Source of the DNA: Macrostomum hystrix
Lineage: Eukaryota; Animalia; Platyhelminthes
Assembly (NCBI GenBank): GCA_950097015.1
Contig: CATNEN010000001.1
Coordinates: 10,044,001-10,108,000 of the forward strand
Direction of reading: 5' to 3'
Length of the DNA: 64,000 bases
Position numbers and translations under genes: made by a program
Notes under the pieces: model-generated
The model's input: the letters and a program-made list of their open reading frames with translations, nothing else
The model's database searches: none
What the model was told of the DNA's origin: nothing
Shown: positions 46,711 through 59,445 of the stretch, in pieces
How positions within the stretch are numbered: the first letter of the stretch is position 1
How the letters are laid out: each line of letters begins with the position of its first letter

Positions 46711-48282
46711 GGCATAATACGTATGATGATAATAGCCTAATTCTAGGCCTACGCCCTACTAGTACTAGCCTCCTGTGCTGTTCTGTATTGTACTGTCTTT
46801 AAAATAAAAAAATAAATGAAAATAAAATATTTTGTGTCTAACTAAACAACCGATAACTAACCTTAACTTTAACTTAAACTACAACAAAGCAAACAAACTA
46901 AACTACAATCAATCATAATTCATATTCATATCCTATTGGTATTAGTATTTATTTAGTGTTTCTTATTCTTTAATCCTTATCCTAATAATCTAAATCTAAT
47001 ATCCGATTTTTATGCTAAGGAGCTAAATGCTACATATAGCTCAAAAACGTAAACGTAAACGTAAGCTCAAAATATGTCCGTAACCGTAATCCGTAATGAA
47101 AATACGGCTTCAAAAGTTTCGTAGCCGTTATTTGCCGTAGCCGTAGCCGTAATTACGGCGGAACACTATAAAGCATACTACCAGCTTATACAATTACTAA
47201 TATTGCCTAGTTATAACATGTTTCTAATTCTTAACATTAGAGTTAATTAGACAGCCCAAAGATCTAGGCCTATAGCCGCCTAGATATCAAACAAGCGTAG
47301 GCACTATACTACAGTCTAACATGCCATGACTAACAGCAGTCCAACGTAGGCGCTCTTCAGCTGAATATGTCTCGAATCGGCCATCAGTCAGTTTAAAAGT
47401 CTGACTAAAGTACTCAGTACTATTATACCACAATATGCATTAGGTTGAGTTCAATTTAGTCTCCTGGACTCGAGTTAGTGGATTCTGTCTTAATTGCCTT
47501 TTTGAGAAGGAAGATTTGGGCGGGGTAGGGATTGAGCTCTGCATTATTGGAGCGGTATGTTTAATATGCAACAGAATAAATGCCTACAATATGCGAGATT
47601 TAGAAATTAGAAATCCAGGACAGCAGTAAAGTAAAGTAAGCGTATATATTTTATGTGATAAATGTGATAAATAATTTGTTCACCAGAAAAAGCTGCCAAA
47701 AATGTTTAAATGTTAAATGTTAAAACAATAACAGTCAATTATCTACAATCGCGGCCCTTGTATGTTGGACAAATGTGCACATATATTTCGCTTAAATAGT
47801 GTCTTATTATTTAATTCATAATTTCAATGGTGTTTATGGTTTACCAACGAACACTGGAATCTGCTAGTTTTATACAAATTGCACAATATGTTTAGTTCAA
47901 GGGAAATAATATTTAAAACACCTTTCGAACGGTATCGTTTCGCTGATGCGTGTGCACTTAAATATTTGCTATATACAATTTGAACTTTGGAAAATATTAA
48001 ATATACTTTACAAATTATTTTGCATACTTATCAGGTTGACTTGTCAGATCTGACCATATCTGTGAAGAAACCAAAAAAGTAAACGGAATGACTATACCAA
48101 AAATGTTATTGTTTCTCACTTCCAAAATTTTGTAAATCATTTATGAATTGGCTTTTCAAGACAATAGCTGTTGGTGAAAACATTATTTTTTAATTTACTA
48201 TAGTTGTGACATCTTTATACTGTCTCTTGCCAGATCTGATCATATCTGTCAAGAAACCTAAAGGAAGCAGACTTAATGACAA

Positions 48283-48993
48283 TTAGCAAAAATGGGAATT
48301 TTTCATTACAGGAATAGCTTCAACACAGGTTGTTTTTTGGTAGCCGTAGGATTCACATTGTGCATGTAGACAAATTTCGCTAGCAATCGTTTTAAGTCGC
48401 TGCAAAAACTGTTTAACACAATTCTCACCATTTGGCGGTGTGTAAATCACCTCACATGGTTTCTCTCTGCTCATGCGAACAGCTGCCTCTAGGCGAGGTG
48501 TCAAATTCAGTCCTGGACAACTTACTAACCGATAGGCTAAACAAATCGGCTCATGCACATTAAGCACATTACCCGCCTGATGCTTGTCTGGCGGTGCGCA
48601 AAGACACTCCATATCAGCATAAATGACATACAGTGACGGTAGCTGAGCTTCAAAACTCTTGAATTTGACAGTAATATCCTCTTCTCGTGGCATTCTTTCT
48701 ACTGGCTGATACTTTGTCTCGCGAATCTGCGGTACAACATCTGAAGTCCACTCATCGCGTGAGTCACTCTTGCTAGCTGCGCCGTATTCCGGACGCTCGG
48801 TGATGCCTCGCATCAGATCAACCGGCCCGGTGGACTGGAAGATGATGGGCTGCCAGCTCTTGGCCTCTTGAGCTGACTTCCAGCCCACCGATCGAAATAA
48901 ACACGATCCGTTGGCTGTCGATTTGACCTCGCCAATGTGGAAGACAGGTCTCATGTTAGACTTTAGCAGTGATTCGGCCGCGAAGTAAGACAT
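48283..48993 (-). pseudogene. Polinton/Maverick/adintovirus-type PolB N-terminal fragment (OTU-like Cys motif plus start of exonuclease)
   Basis: ANGSCLFRSV; VKFKSFEAQLPSLYVIYADMECL...HEPICLAY...GENCVKQFL. Confidence 0.72.
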
Positions 48994-50133
48994 TCTTGCT
49001 GCTTGCTGGTGTACTAATTAGAAAGCCGAGGAGCTCATGAAAAGCCCAAAATTTTGAAACTTGTATTTATAGAATCGAATCGAACATCAGCTCACCTGCT
49101 GATAGTAACTGCACGAAGCTTTTATGGTAGAAATTAAATTAATTTCTTTACAAGTCAAAGTCATTAAGGCAATTATAGTCGACTGTTGAAGCTCATCTGC
49201 TGATAGCAACTGCACGATGCTTTTTTGCGGAAACTAATTTAATTTGCTACAGGTTAAAAAGCCATTTGAGTCAACGATTGGAAGCAGCTTTGCTTAAATA
49301 ATTGACAGCACGTAGCATTGATAAGTTTTGATTGCATACTTAAGAGCTTTTATTATTGAATTTCATCATTCCGAAAAACAGCACATGTTGATGAGCAGTA
49401 TTACAATTTGTAGCAAGATTTTCTTGACTTAGACAGCCTAATTAAATACACGTACTGTCTTAAAGAAGCTTGTGGGTTTTTCAGTAACAGATAAATGATA
49501 CTTTACTAAGTTAGGGAGGGCGAAGGGTGAAAGAGAGAACTTAGTAAACTAAGTTCATTAAAAGACATACATTTTAAGTGAACTAAACCTCTCTAATCAA
49601 ATATGTTCTCAACATTAAACAAATAAATATGTAATAGTTGACGACAAATGTTGATACACTAGTTAAAAATATTTTTTTCAAAGTATATGACTTTTTACAT
49701 TTTCAGATTTCGGTCGGTCGGTTTATCGTGAACACTTGGGCTTTAAGAAGACAGTTAGCAAGCTTAAGATATTAGTTTCGTTATCATTTTAGATAATTTT
49801 CGCTAAATGTCTTCTTGAGCTTTAAGTTAAGTTTCAAGTAATTTGTTAAAAGCTCACGCTCAGATTACTTAGCAAAATAGTCATTCTATCGCAGCCTTGT
49901 TAATGGATCAACTTTAATTCGACAACAACGGGTGTCTAATCAAGCTTCCATTCATGATTGATGATAGCTATTATTTTACTAGCTTTAGGAGCAATTTTGA
50001 TCAAGATTCATCGTGCTGGATATAAAGATTCAGCTTGTATTTTAGAAGGTCAAGCTGGAGCTATGTAAGTATTGATTAAATAAAAGCTTCTGTTGTATAG
50101 GTTTAACTAATAAACTCTTTAGATTAAATAATA

Positions 50134-51719
50134 TAGTATTTGTCATGCTATCTCAGCCTAGAGCCATCCAAACTCAGCCAGTCCCATTCCGCAATGCGTT
50201 TTTTTGGCTCGAGCTAGTCGACTTTTACCATAGACATGCTTCTTAAGGCCATGCTATCTCAGCCTGGGACATGCAATCTCAGCCAATATAGATTTCAATT
50301 GCAAACAGATCTCAATGCTATCATTTCTGTAACGTGACATGAAATGGCAACAAACAGCAATGAATGAACGCAACAAGAAAAGTCAGTAAGGGTACGCAAC
50401 AACGGACAAAGTCAGTAAGACGCTCAGTGCTCAGCCTAGTTGAAAGGCTGCTCTGCGATACACTGCGGGAAGTTCCGATTGCAGTGAATCTCCCATCTGG
50501 CCACCTTTAGCGGCGTCACAGCATCTAGCGCGACTCGGCCCACTCGCTCCAAGAGAATGAGGCGCCAAGCTTCGCAGGTGACCCCATCGGGTCGGCCACC
50601 AGCCTCCTCCTCCACCAGTGCAGGGTCAGCTAGCTGCAGCTTGATCGAGGCCTTCACTGCGCTGTGGGCCATTTCGCAGGGGTTTAGAAAAGGTGAGTAG
50701 GCGGGCAACAGATGAAGCTCAAACTGGTGGCGATGCTGCTCCGGCACTGCCACACCACGGTGAAAGGTGGGGCCATCGCAGACAATGACGACTCTGGCAT
50801 TGCCGATCTGCGGGACAACTTGTTCAACAAGGTCGTTGACGAAGTGCTGAAATCTCTCCTTCGTCTGGCCTCCCCTGAAAAACTCGCTCTTCACCAGCCC
50901 CAAAGCGGAAGACACGGCCAGGCAGATCGAGAGATTTGGACCCCTCTGGGTCGGGCATCGGCGCCTCACTGGCTGACCCCGTCGTGACCACCCTTGCGAT
51001 CTGCGAGTCCACAGGTTGTAACCCGTTTCGTCGATGTAGACGACCACCGTGTCCTGTTGCAGTTCGGTCATGAGCAGCGCGTACTCGCGTCTCTTCTCGA
51101 TCACCCACTGCGAGTTTGCGCTCAGTCGGATGTCAGTGTTCTTGGTAGCGATCTTGAACGTGTACAAAGCCCCTTCCAAGGCTCTGGCCAGTGTCTTGAT
51201 GGTGACAGGCGGCTTGTTGGGAAGCTGGGCACTCAGCTTCGTGCGCAATGCTTTCAGCGTCGCCAGGGGGTTCGCATCCACGAAAGCAATAAGCGCCTGG
51301 CGCATCTCCTCATCGAACTTGCATGAGCCAATCTTTCTTCCCCCTCGCGGGAGGGCATCCACCCGGCCCGTTGCTTCATAAATCCTGACGATATGCCGAG
51401 CTGTCTTCATATTCATGCGAAGAACTTTGGCGGCCACACGTAGGTCCTGACCTTCCGTCCACGCAGCAATCAGTCGTCTTCTGTCTTCGTCGCTTGTTGT
51501 TCTCATTCTGTTTCATTTGCTTCGATCACAGACTAAGCCACAGACAGCTTGACATAGCATCTGAAAAGTGGCTGAGATTGCATGTCCCAGGCTGAGATAG
51601 CATGGCCTTAAGAAGCATGTCTATGGTAAAAGTCGACTGGCTTACGTAAAAAATCGCACTGTCGAGATGGGCTGGCTGAGTTTGGATGTCTCTAGACTGA
51701 GATAGCATGACAAATACTA
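50134..51719 (-). mobile_element. IS630/Tc1/mariner-superfamily transposon, apparently complete
   Basis: About 150-bp imperfect TIRs starting TAGTATTTGTCATGCTATCTCAG, flanked by TA. Confidence 0.92.
50436..51506 (-). CDS. IS630/Tc1-like DDE transposase (356 aa, intact)
   Basis: N-terminal HTH, YIDETG, IVCDG..FH, YSPFLNPCE; 33 residues between the second D and E. Confidence 0.95.
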   Translation of the reverse strand: MRTTSDEDRRRLIAAWTEGQDLRVAAKVLRMNMKTARHIVRIYEATGRVDALPRGGRKIGSCKFDEEMRQALIAFVDANPLATLKALRTKLSAQLPNKPPVTIKTLARALEGALYTFKIATKNTDIRLSANSQWVIEKRREYALLMTELQQDTVVVYIDETGYNLWTRRSQGWSRRGQPVRRRCPTQRGPNLSICLAVSSALGLVKSEFFRGGQTKERFQHFVNDLVEQVVPQIGNARVVIVCDGPTFHRGVAVPEQHRHQFELHLLPAYSPFLNPCEMAHSAVKASIKLQLADPALVEEEAGGRPDGVTCEAWRLILLERVGRVALDAVTPLKVARWEIHCNRNFPQCIAEQPFN

Positions 51720-53166
51720 TACTTCATATTTCACTTATAGAACCAATTTTTCGGCTCTTGAGACAGACAATGCTCAAGTGCAATCAATTCCAATGACGCT
51801 CAATGAGCCACATCAACACTTAAACCAGGCCTAATGAGCACCATTGAAGACTCACATGCAAGGCTTGTTTAGGCTTTTTTATTAGAGGAAATTTGTCAAG
51901 TCGAAAAAATCTTTTTATTATCATCTATAAGATCAGATTGATCATTACTTTAATTGTTGTATGTGTGTATACACTTGCATTTGAATAAAGTGCTAGTTAT
52001 TTTTATTAATAGGCGTCATAATGTTTTTCTATGAATTATAGTTTTGTAATACAAAAGTATTCGTTATATTTGACCTAGTTTCATATTATATCAGCATATC
52101 AGCATTTCATTTAAGCTTCATTTTATTGATTTTTAGTGTATGCAATCTTTTGTCTAAAGTTTAGCTTTCATTTGCATCGGCCTGATCTGTTAAAAAATAA
52201 TGCCTTATCGCTTAATAACTTATTAAGTTAGAACTGCCTTGAGAATACTAATAAAGTGCTACGAATTTACCTTAGGTTTATCTCGTTATCTTCTCTTTAG
52301 CATTTGATTAATAGTAGAGCTTATGAATAAATTTTGTATACTTCAAAATTTTTTTTGTATTTAACTAAACCGAAAATATATTTGATTATTAACAAGCATG
52401 TTTTGATCATTAAGCCAGATATTGAGATAATAAGAAGATAAAATGTAGACTTCTGTCAATGCTTAATAAATACTCTGCCAAGCTTAAAATTGAAACTCTA
52501 GTCGGTTGCGCTACCAGGTTAGTCGTGTAGAAGCCCAGCTTCCAACTTGAAGTGCTGCACTACTACGAGTATAACACATTTCAACCAGTAGCCGCGTCTT
52601 CTTGTTGCTGATGTTGTGTCCTCAGGCCAGCTCTCGTCAATAAACTTCTCCAGCTCAGTCAAGAGCTTCACAAGTTGGACCCATCTGCGAATATTGGCCT
52701 CGGTTTGATGTATGGCTATGGTATGAGTACGCATAATCCCAACGAGTGGGATATGAACAGAATTCATTGCTAAAACTAAAATGTATGTTTTTGTTTCCAA
52801 CTTGAAAGTTGCAGTTTTGTCTTATGTTCCTTGAAATATATATACTACCAGTAAATGGTGGGCACCTTTTGAAAATATGTATGATATTTTGACATGTGTG
52901 GAATTAAAGTCAGATTGCTGTTTCCCCAAAAAGATTCGTGCCTAATCTGATGAATAGGACAGAAACAATTATTTTGTGATCGAATGTTTTGTCGAGTTAG
53001 TGTAACAATATTACTAATTCGTCGTGAAGTAACTGTCGATAGTGGCAACTTTAAATGAAATTGATTCAACACGCCCGTTTCAGAAAGTCGCTGCGTCTTT
53101 GAATTCTGGCCTGCACACTAAATTAGTAGTCTAGTCTAGATATAGTCGTAGGGCTCATAGTCATAA

Positions 53167-54129
53167 TCATACATATAGACATGGCACAGACTTTTTCTCG
53201 TTGATGATGAAGCCAAGCTTGTTGAGCAGGTTGCGCAGCTCTTGGTAGGCCCTGTCGCACTCGGCTTTCGTCCTGGCCATGACGAGGAAGTCATCGATGA
53301 AAACGACGGTTGCCAGGAACCCCTTGCGACACATCATTCGTCGGGCCGCTTGCGTGAGGCGATGGAAAATGCTGACGGAGGCTCTGCTGCCGAATGGTAA
53401 CCGCGTATCCACAAGGAAGGTTGAGCAGCCGTTGCCGAAGTCCCAGTGGATGCCGGTGGCTTGGTAGCACTGCGGAGAAATTGGCACGCTGCGGTAGGCT
53501 GACGCGATGTCCACCTTTGTCATGAACCAGCCGGGCTGCATCATCCTGACGGCCTCGTCAACGGAGGTGAAGCGGAGACGTCGTTGTTGGGCATAGTGAT
53601 CGTTCAGGCTGCAGCCGCGATGGACGGAGCAATCATGGATTAGCCGGATGCCGGAGCTGTCTTTCGGAATGGCTCCCAGCGGACAGACCATCGCAGGCTT
53701 GTCCACGACTGGGACGTACCTCCCAAGCCGGATTTCTTCTACGATAACAGCTTGGACTTGGTCGCGATTCCGGTTGACGGACTGGTAGTTGCTGCAGAAA
53801 CAAGGTGTAAAGTCGAAGTCATCGACAATGGAGAAGCCACTCTCCATACCGTCGAGAATAAAATCAGCGTCGAGGTCGCCAACAAGCTCAGAGCGCCAGG
53901 CGTCGATGCGGAGATCACCCACTGGCTGCGTCAGATCGGACATCCGCGCCGGAGGCTTGACGATGCAGGGCACGGGAGCGGGCTCAGCGAGGCAGTTAAA
54001 AGCAGGAGGCGTAAAATAGGTTTCGCGCGCCGTGTCGGCGCGCTTGCTCAGTTTTTTTGCGTGATTCTGCTCGGAGTGGCTGCCCTCACAGATTCGGCAG
54101 GCATTGAGGAATCGGCAATTGTTCCTCAT
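53167..54129 (-). pseudogene. DIRS/Ngaro-like reverse transcriptase, 3' truncated
   Basis: FILDG...GF, PLGAIPK...RLIHDCS, KVDIASAYRSVPI, RLPFG, FIDDFL, LGFIINEKKS. No RNase H or tyrosine recombinase follows. Confidence 0.9.
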
Positions 54130-55055
54130 GCAGCCGTTGGTGCTGTTGAAGGACTAGCACAGCTCACGGCCTGAGGATGTCCGCGGACCCATGACGCGGC
54201 TCTTGTTGCTAGGCTGGTTTCGCTTGGCTGTCTGGTTGTACTGGTCCGTCTTAATGCTGAGCAGGTGCCTGATCGACATCTGGGCGCAGTCCTTGCCCCA
54301 GCGAAGGCTGTTGGCTGCGCGGTGCTGGCGGTAGTCATGGTCGAATCTGATCACCCGGTGCGCCGGGAATCTGTCGAATAGCTCGGCCACCTGGACATTG
54401 TACTGGGCGTAGTCATTGACTTGCTCAGTTGTGCTGTACACCTGGCCCTTGCAGGTCACCTGCGGCGCCGTGTCTTCAAGCATCTGAAGCAGGATCTTCA
54501 TGCTGCCGGCCAACCACTGTCCAACTGTCATGCCGTCCAGCTTGGTCGTTGACTTCTTGAGCACGAGGCCGCCAGAGCTGCCCCAGGTGAGCAACTCGTC
54601 AGCCTGGCCTGACAGATCATCGATAAAGTCTCTGACGAGCAGACACGGCTGCCCGACCGGCCGGGGGTTGGCTCTAGCGCTGTTGGGTTAAGAAGTTCAG
54701 CAAAGAGATTCTGCTGCTCACCTGATTCTGTACGAGCAGTCACGACGGCGCGTTCCCGAAGCTCTCGCTCGCGTGTTTGAAGCTCTAGGAGCTGCAGCCG
54801 TTTCTGCGCCCGCCGAATCTCACCGTCCAGGTCCGCCTCCGGTGGGTCCCGGCCTTGGTCTTGAAGCTCCTCCTGCGCACAGGGCGATGCCGATGCCGAA
54901 TGGTTCAGGTGCGTCCCGCCGTCTTGAGGCTGTGACTGCCCCTCGTGTTGTCTCAGTCTGGCTTGCAGGGCCGACTTATTGCCTGCGTTTGAGAGCCCTC
55001 GGCTACCCAGCTCACTCTTGAGTTGTCTGACTGTTCGTCGGTCCACACGGTGCAT
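54130..55055 (-). pseudogene. DIRS-like gag with N-terminal SAP domain (frameshift plus stop)
   Basis: TVRQLKSELGSRGLSNAGNKSALQARL (SAP); FDHDYRQHRA...W; C..FN...GC...C.F...C..C...H zinc motif leading into RT. Confidence 0.8.
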
Positions 55056-57364
55056 GATAGCAGACAGGTGAAAAAAAATCTACGAGCCAGAGCGCTCACG
55101 CAGCACGCACGAGAGCGTGAGCGCACAAATAAAAGCGGGGCCGACGCCGCCACCCCCCCAACCAAAGCACCCCAGCTGCCGGCCGGCACCCAGCACTCCA
55201 CCTTGCGACAGGGATGCACACGCGCGAGCCGCACGCACAGACAGGCGGAGGGTCGGCCCAGTCGGCTAAACACGATTACAGAGCCAGTTAAAACTGGCCC
55301 CGAAATCGCAACCTTCCAAAGTCACTTAAAACTGCCCAGTGCAAGCGTTCACTGGCTAGGTATGATGAAAACCTGCCATCATTAAGCTTGAAGATTTGGT
55401 AATAACACTTCGTGCTATTGTACCACAGCATACAGTAGCAGGACGCCAATTTACGCCCTTGCGCAAGGGTAACAGGGTTGGTTCTTGTTCTTTTGAACAT
55501 TTAACAAATACTAGAAAATCATGTATTTAAACCACAGTTATTAAAAGCAAAACGATTTGATCGCAAATGCGAGGAGCGTTTTGATTAAAAAATCCGCAGG
55601 CATACGATTGTATAACAATAGCATACTTCGAAATAGTTCTGCCTGTGTATCAAGCCCTTTCATGCAGCGTCATGCGTAAATGCCTTGATAAGATAAATGC
55701 ATCATATTCGTATTAATTAACTTTTCCAAAGATGGTTTGCAGGATCTGACAAGATTTCCCGATTTCTAAAGCAACAGATCTTGCAAGAACTTTCACGATG
55801 CACGGTGAGACAGCCATATATTCAAATTGCTTCTTGTCGCACTCTCTTGTGATTTCCGGCCATAAAAAAAGATATGTTATCGATCTCATAGACATCCAGT
55901 GTGTTGTTTCAGTATAACGTTTTCTTGACAGGTCTGAGCAGATCTGACAAGATATTTACGAAAGGAATTTCTGAAGATAATCTCTTGACTGAGGAGCTAT
56001 TAATGCTAAAGTTACAAGAAATACTCCGGAAAAGCTCATATGAACACATAGTCGAAACATATATGCCTTGCTGACTTGCGAATTTTCCCCAGGTCTTGTC
56101 ATATCTGTTAAGAAACTTCAAGAATCGTCAGATCTAACCAGATAAAAAGTAAGATTGTCAACTAATGTACGTGAACTGGGCCGAGAGCTACTGCTCCGAG
56201 CCTCTTCAATACGTCGTGCTGCTCGCTCGCCTTGCAGGGCCAGGGCGGGGGCAAGCCCTGACTCGCAGGTATTTGGACCGCATCCTGAGCGACGCCAGAG
56301 CACCGGACATCGCTAAGGGAGCGGAGTTCGTTCGACCGCAGGCCCTGCGGCGCGCCATCTGACGCGGCCTCCCACTTTGACGCTGAACTTTGCGACTAGC
56401 GGGCCGTGTAGCTTGTTGCTATTGGTGTTGTTGTATAATGGATGGATACAGCAGCAATGGTAAAAACTTGAAGGCTCGTTATAGAAAAAGTTTTTTCGAG
56501 CTGTCGAAAAGGTTAGAAAGCTTCTGATTTAGATTGAAAAATTAATAAGGGAAGGAACACAACTTCTACTCAGAGACAAGAGTGAGTCAATTTTTCTCTA
56601 CTCACGACAAAAGCAGATGTCATGAATATAACTTAAATTCACTAAGCCTGATCTAGTGGTCATACCATTCATATCAACAGTCTCTAAGATGTTCGGCCCA
56701 TCACCACGAAAAGATGCACACAAGCAGACACTGCCACCAAGGCGTTCAGTTTCGATAACCTAGAATGGAATAAGACGAGTATTGCGAGTAGCATTAGCTT
56801 TCTTCTTGTTAATACCATTGCTTTGTTCAGCCCCAGCACCTTACTTTTGCAACAATTTTGGGATACGAAATATTAAGTTCAATTTTATATCATATAAATC
56901 CTATATATTCTATATTTATACCGACTATTGCAGTCGGTAGCTCTAAGTTGTAACTTACCTGCTAGCAACAAACGTAGAATGACAACAACCATTCTAGTAG
57001 CAGGGGGTGACAGGAAAAGAACAACTTATGGTCTAGGAGGGTCGGTGGAAACAAAACAAGAGAAGACAAAATAAAACTAAACAAGATGATAAAGTGGGCA
57101 AATTGCGCAGCCTTTAAACCCACCAGCTATTATATTTTCATTGAATAATTGTTCGCTCCTGACTTTCGATCGAAACACAAGGCATTCTCGATGCACACAA
57201 GACGCATGTTCGGTTAAATTGCAAGACACGTTTTGGTCAAACCATTATTTTCGAAATTTACATTTTAGCTCTCCAGTACAACAAAACTACTATTGTAGGT
57301 TGAGAAAAGAATCCTTTCTCATTACGCCCAAGAGCTTGGGTTAGTCTGCTTTGACCTCTAAACC

Positions 57365-57475
57365 TTTGAACCATGCAGACAGTCGCAAAAGAAGCTGCCA
57401 GGCGAGTTCATGTAGACCTTGTGCTGCCCGCCGCACTGGCCAGGCACGGCCACGAATTCGTCCACATCGACGTAG
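57365..57475 (-). pseudogene. Decayed calcium-binding EGF-like exon fragment
   Basis: Manual translation DVDEFVAVPGQCGGQHKVYMNSPGSFFCDCLHG fits the cbEGF consensus with two Cys replaced by F and Y. Confidence 0.7.
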
Positions 57476-58434
57476 GAAACTCATCGGCTGCCTGTGTCAT
57501 CATTCCATGTAGTATTCTCTAGCTAAATAAATTGATATATTTTCATCTCTATGCTCTATGTTATATTATTCTTGCCTCAAAAACCACTGGGCCTTGAGAG
57601 CTGAAACGCTGTCCAAATGTTAAATTTAGCAGAGCTATTTTATGTTTTTTTTAATATTGCCTAGTTTTTGTAGTGTTCCCTAAACAAAAACATATGTTTT
57701 GTAGTATTCCCTAGCTGCAAAATTATGCCGTCCATACACAGATTGCAATAACGAGTGCAGGAATGGCTTATTTATGAAACCCCTTGATTGTAGTATATAT
57801 CATATAGAAATTTGTATGTCGATATTGTCAAATTTAAGATTAATAACAGTCAGTCCGTAACTAGAAATAGCAGTTAGCCAGTAGCTAAAGTTTACTTGCC
57901 TCCCTCATAGATCTTTGCTTAAAAAATTAGTAGAGCAACAAGAAAGTCATAATAATTGACCTCACTAACTTCTAAACTTCTTTAATATCTTAAATCGCTG
58001 CTTCTCCTGTCAATAGGTAGCATTATATTTCACCTCTTCATTCAGCTGTTAAAGCTCGTAAGCCGTTAGCGCGTTATACTTCTCCCATATCTGCTATGAA
58101 AGGTGTGAACAAATATTCAGCGTGGCACTTTACTTTTTTTAACTTTCTTAATGAGCAAGAAAAACACAGTACAATGTATAAAAGCAAACCAACATTGAAA
58201 GTTGTTTTCATTCAAGTTTTTCTTACAGAAATAGTTCCATCGAGATGAAGACTGAGTCATGGCGATTACTTTAATTTAGCTTTTGTTAGAGTTTCCAAAA
58301 TTCTGATTAGTGACTTTCTACTATGAGTAGGCTGTGTGAGCGGACTTCATGCTAGAGTGCCTTCGGGTTATGTGGCTACTGCAGGAGTTGGGGACTATCT
58401 GCGGGGTTTTCCGGCGTGACTGTTCTGGGCAATG

Positions 58435-58975
58435 GTAGTCTAAACGTAGTAACCGGGCTTTAGCCCTACGGTCTCCTAACCGAGCGAGATCCCGGGTGTA
58501 TTCACCCTGGGCTTCCCAGTCTTGTAAATCGCGGAGGTGAGCCCCCGGCCATCCCCCCGGGAATTAAGGGCCCTCTGAGCGAATCGGGGATTAGCCTTTC
58601 CTTGGGCGTCGCGCAAGGCCCGCTTTCATGTACCTGATTCTGAAGGTGCCACGTAACTTTGACTAAGTCTAACTTAGGGGCGGAATAGTTAAGGGAGTCG
58701 GGACCCTGAGGGAGTCTAACGACACCCGTGCCCGCGCCCTGAAACTGCCGACCTTGGGGATAGGCTAGAAATCGGTCGGCACGTCCTTTCTAAGAAGCTC
58801 TCTGAAGGGTAGTCTAAACGCAGTAACCGGGCTTTTGCCCTACGGACTCCTAAGCCGAAGCGAGGCTCCAGAGGAGAAATACCTGGACTTCCCAGCCTTG
58901 TAAATCGCAGAAGTGAGCCCCCGGCCATCCCCCCGGGAATTAAGGGCCCTCTGAGCGAATCGGGGATTAGCCTTC
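58435..58975. repeat. About 165-bp direct repeat pair (58435-58598, 58809-58974) in the putative LTR/leader
   Basis: GGTAGTCTAAACG...GAATCGGGGATTAGCCTT occurs twice. Confidence 0.85.
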
Positions 58976-59445
58976 TTTGAGTAACTTATTGAAGTCGTGT
59001 ACTTTCCAAGGTAGGGCGATAGGCTGCTGCAGGCGCTGCCTGCAGTAGTACTGGCCCGCCGTACCTGTAGTGTAACAGTTCGCTATAGGGTTGCAGAATG
59101 AGTGCTAGTTAAAACCTAGACTCCTATGTCCCAATTTCGAGTGCGCGCAAGCAGTTGTCGGAAGCTGAGGCTGGAAGCAAGAGCTAGCCAGGGCCCTATG
59201 CCCTTTTCTCTCTCTTCACTGATTCCCTGATCCCTGTCTACCACTGCATTGTGGGATTTCATTAACTAGGATTAAGGAGCTCCCCATATCAGTTTTGCGA
59301 GGTAAGGTGACGCAAGAGCACCGGGCCCACCCGCTCTCTCTCTTCCACGGCCCCAGTCGTGCTTTGAGCATCCTGCTCACTCTATTGTCGCATTAGCGAC
59401 ACCCCCTCAAACTTTGCAAAATCCTCATTTCCTCTTTTGGTCGAC

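Larger units (their letters stand above)
44481..56167. mobile_element. Probable second CACTA-type element (non-autonomous shell with nested insertions)
   Basis: Left end CCCTAGTCGACAAT shares 11 nt with the TIR at 21854. Degenerate right end ATTGTCAACTAATG. AGATCTG subterminal repeats at both ends; flanks CA/TA. Confidence 0.55.

Noticed and set aside
44671-47168. Complete hAT element bounded by TAGTGA... and ...AACACTA
   Set aside because: No matching 8-bp TSD and poor TIR complementarity.
52519-52800. 93-aa ORF that might be a host exon
   Set aside because: No recognisable motif or supportable gene structure.
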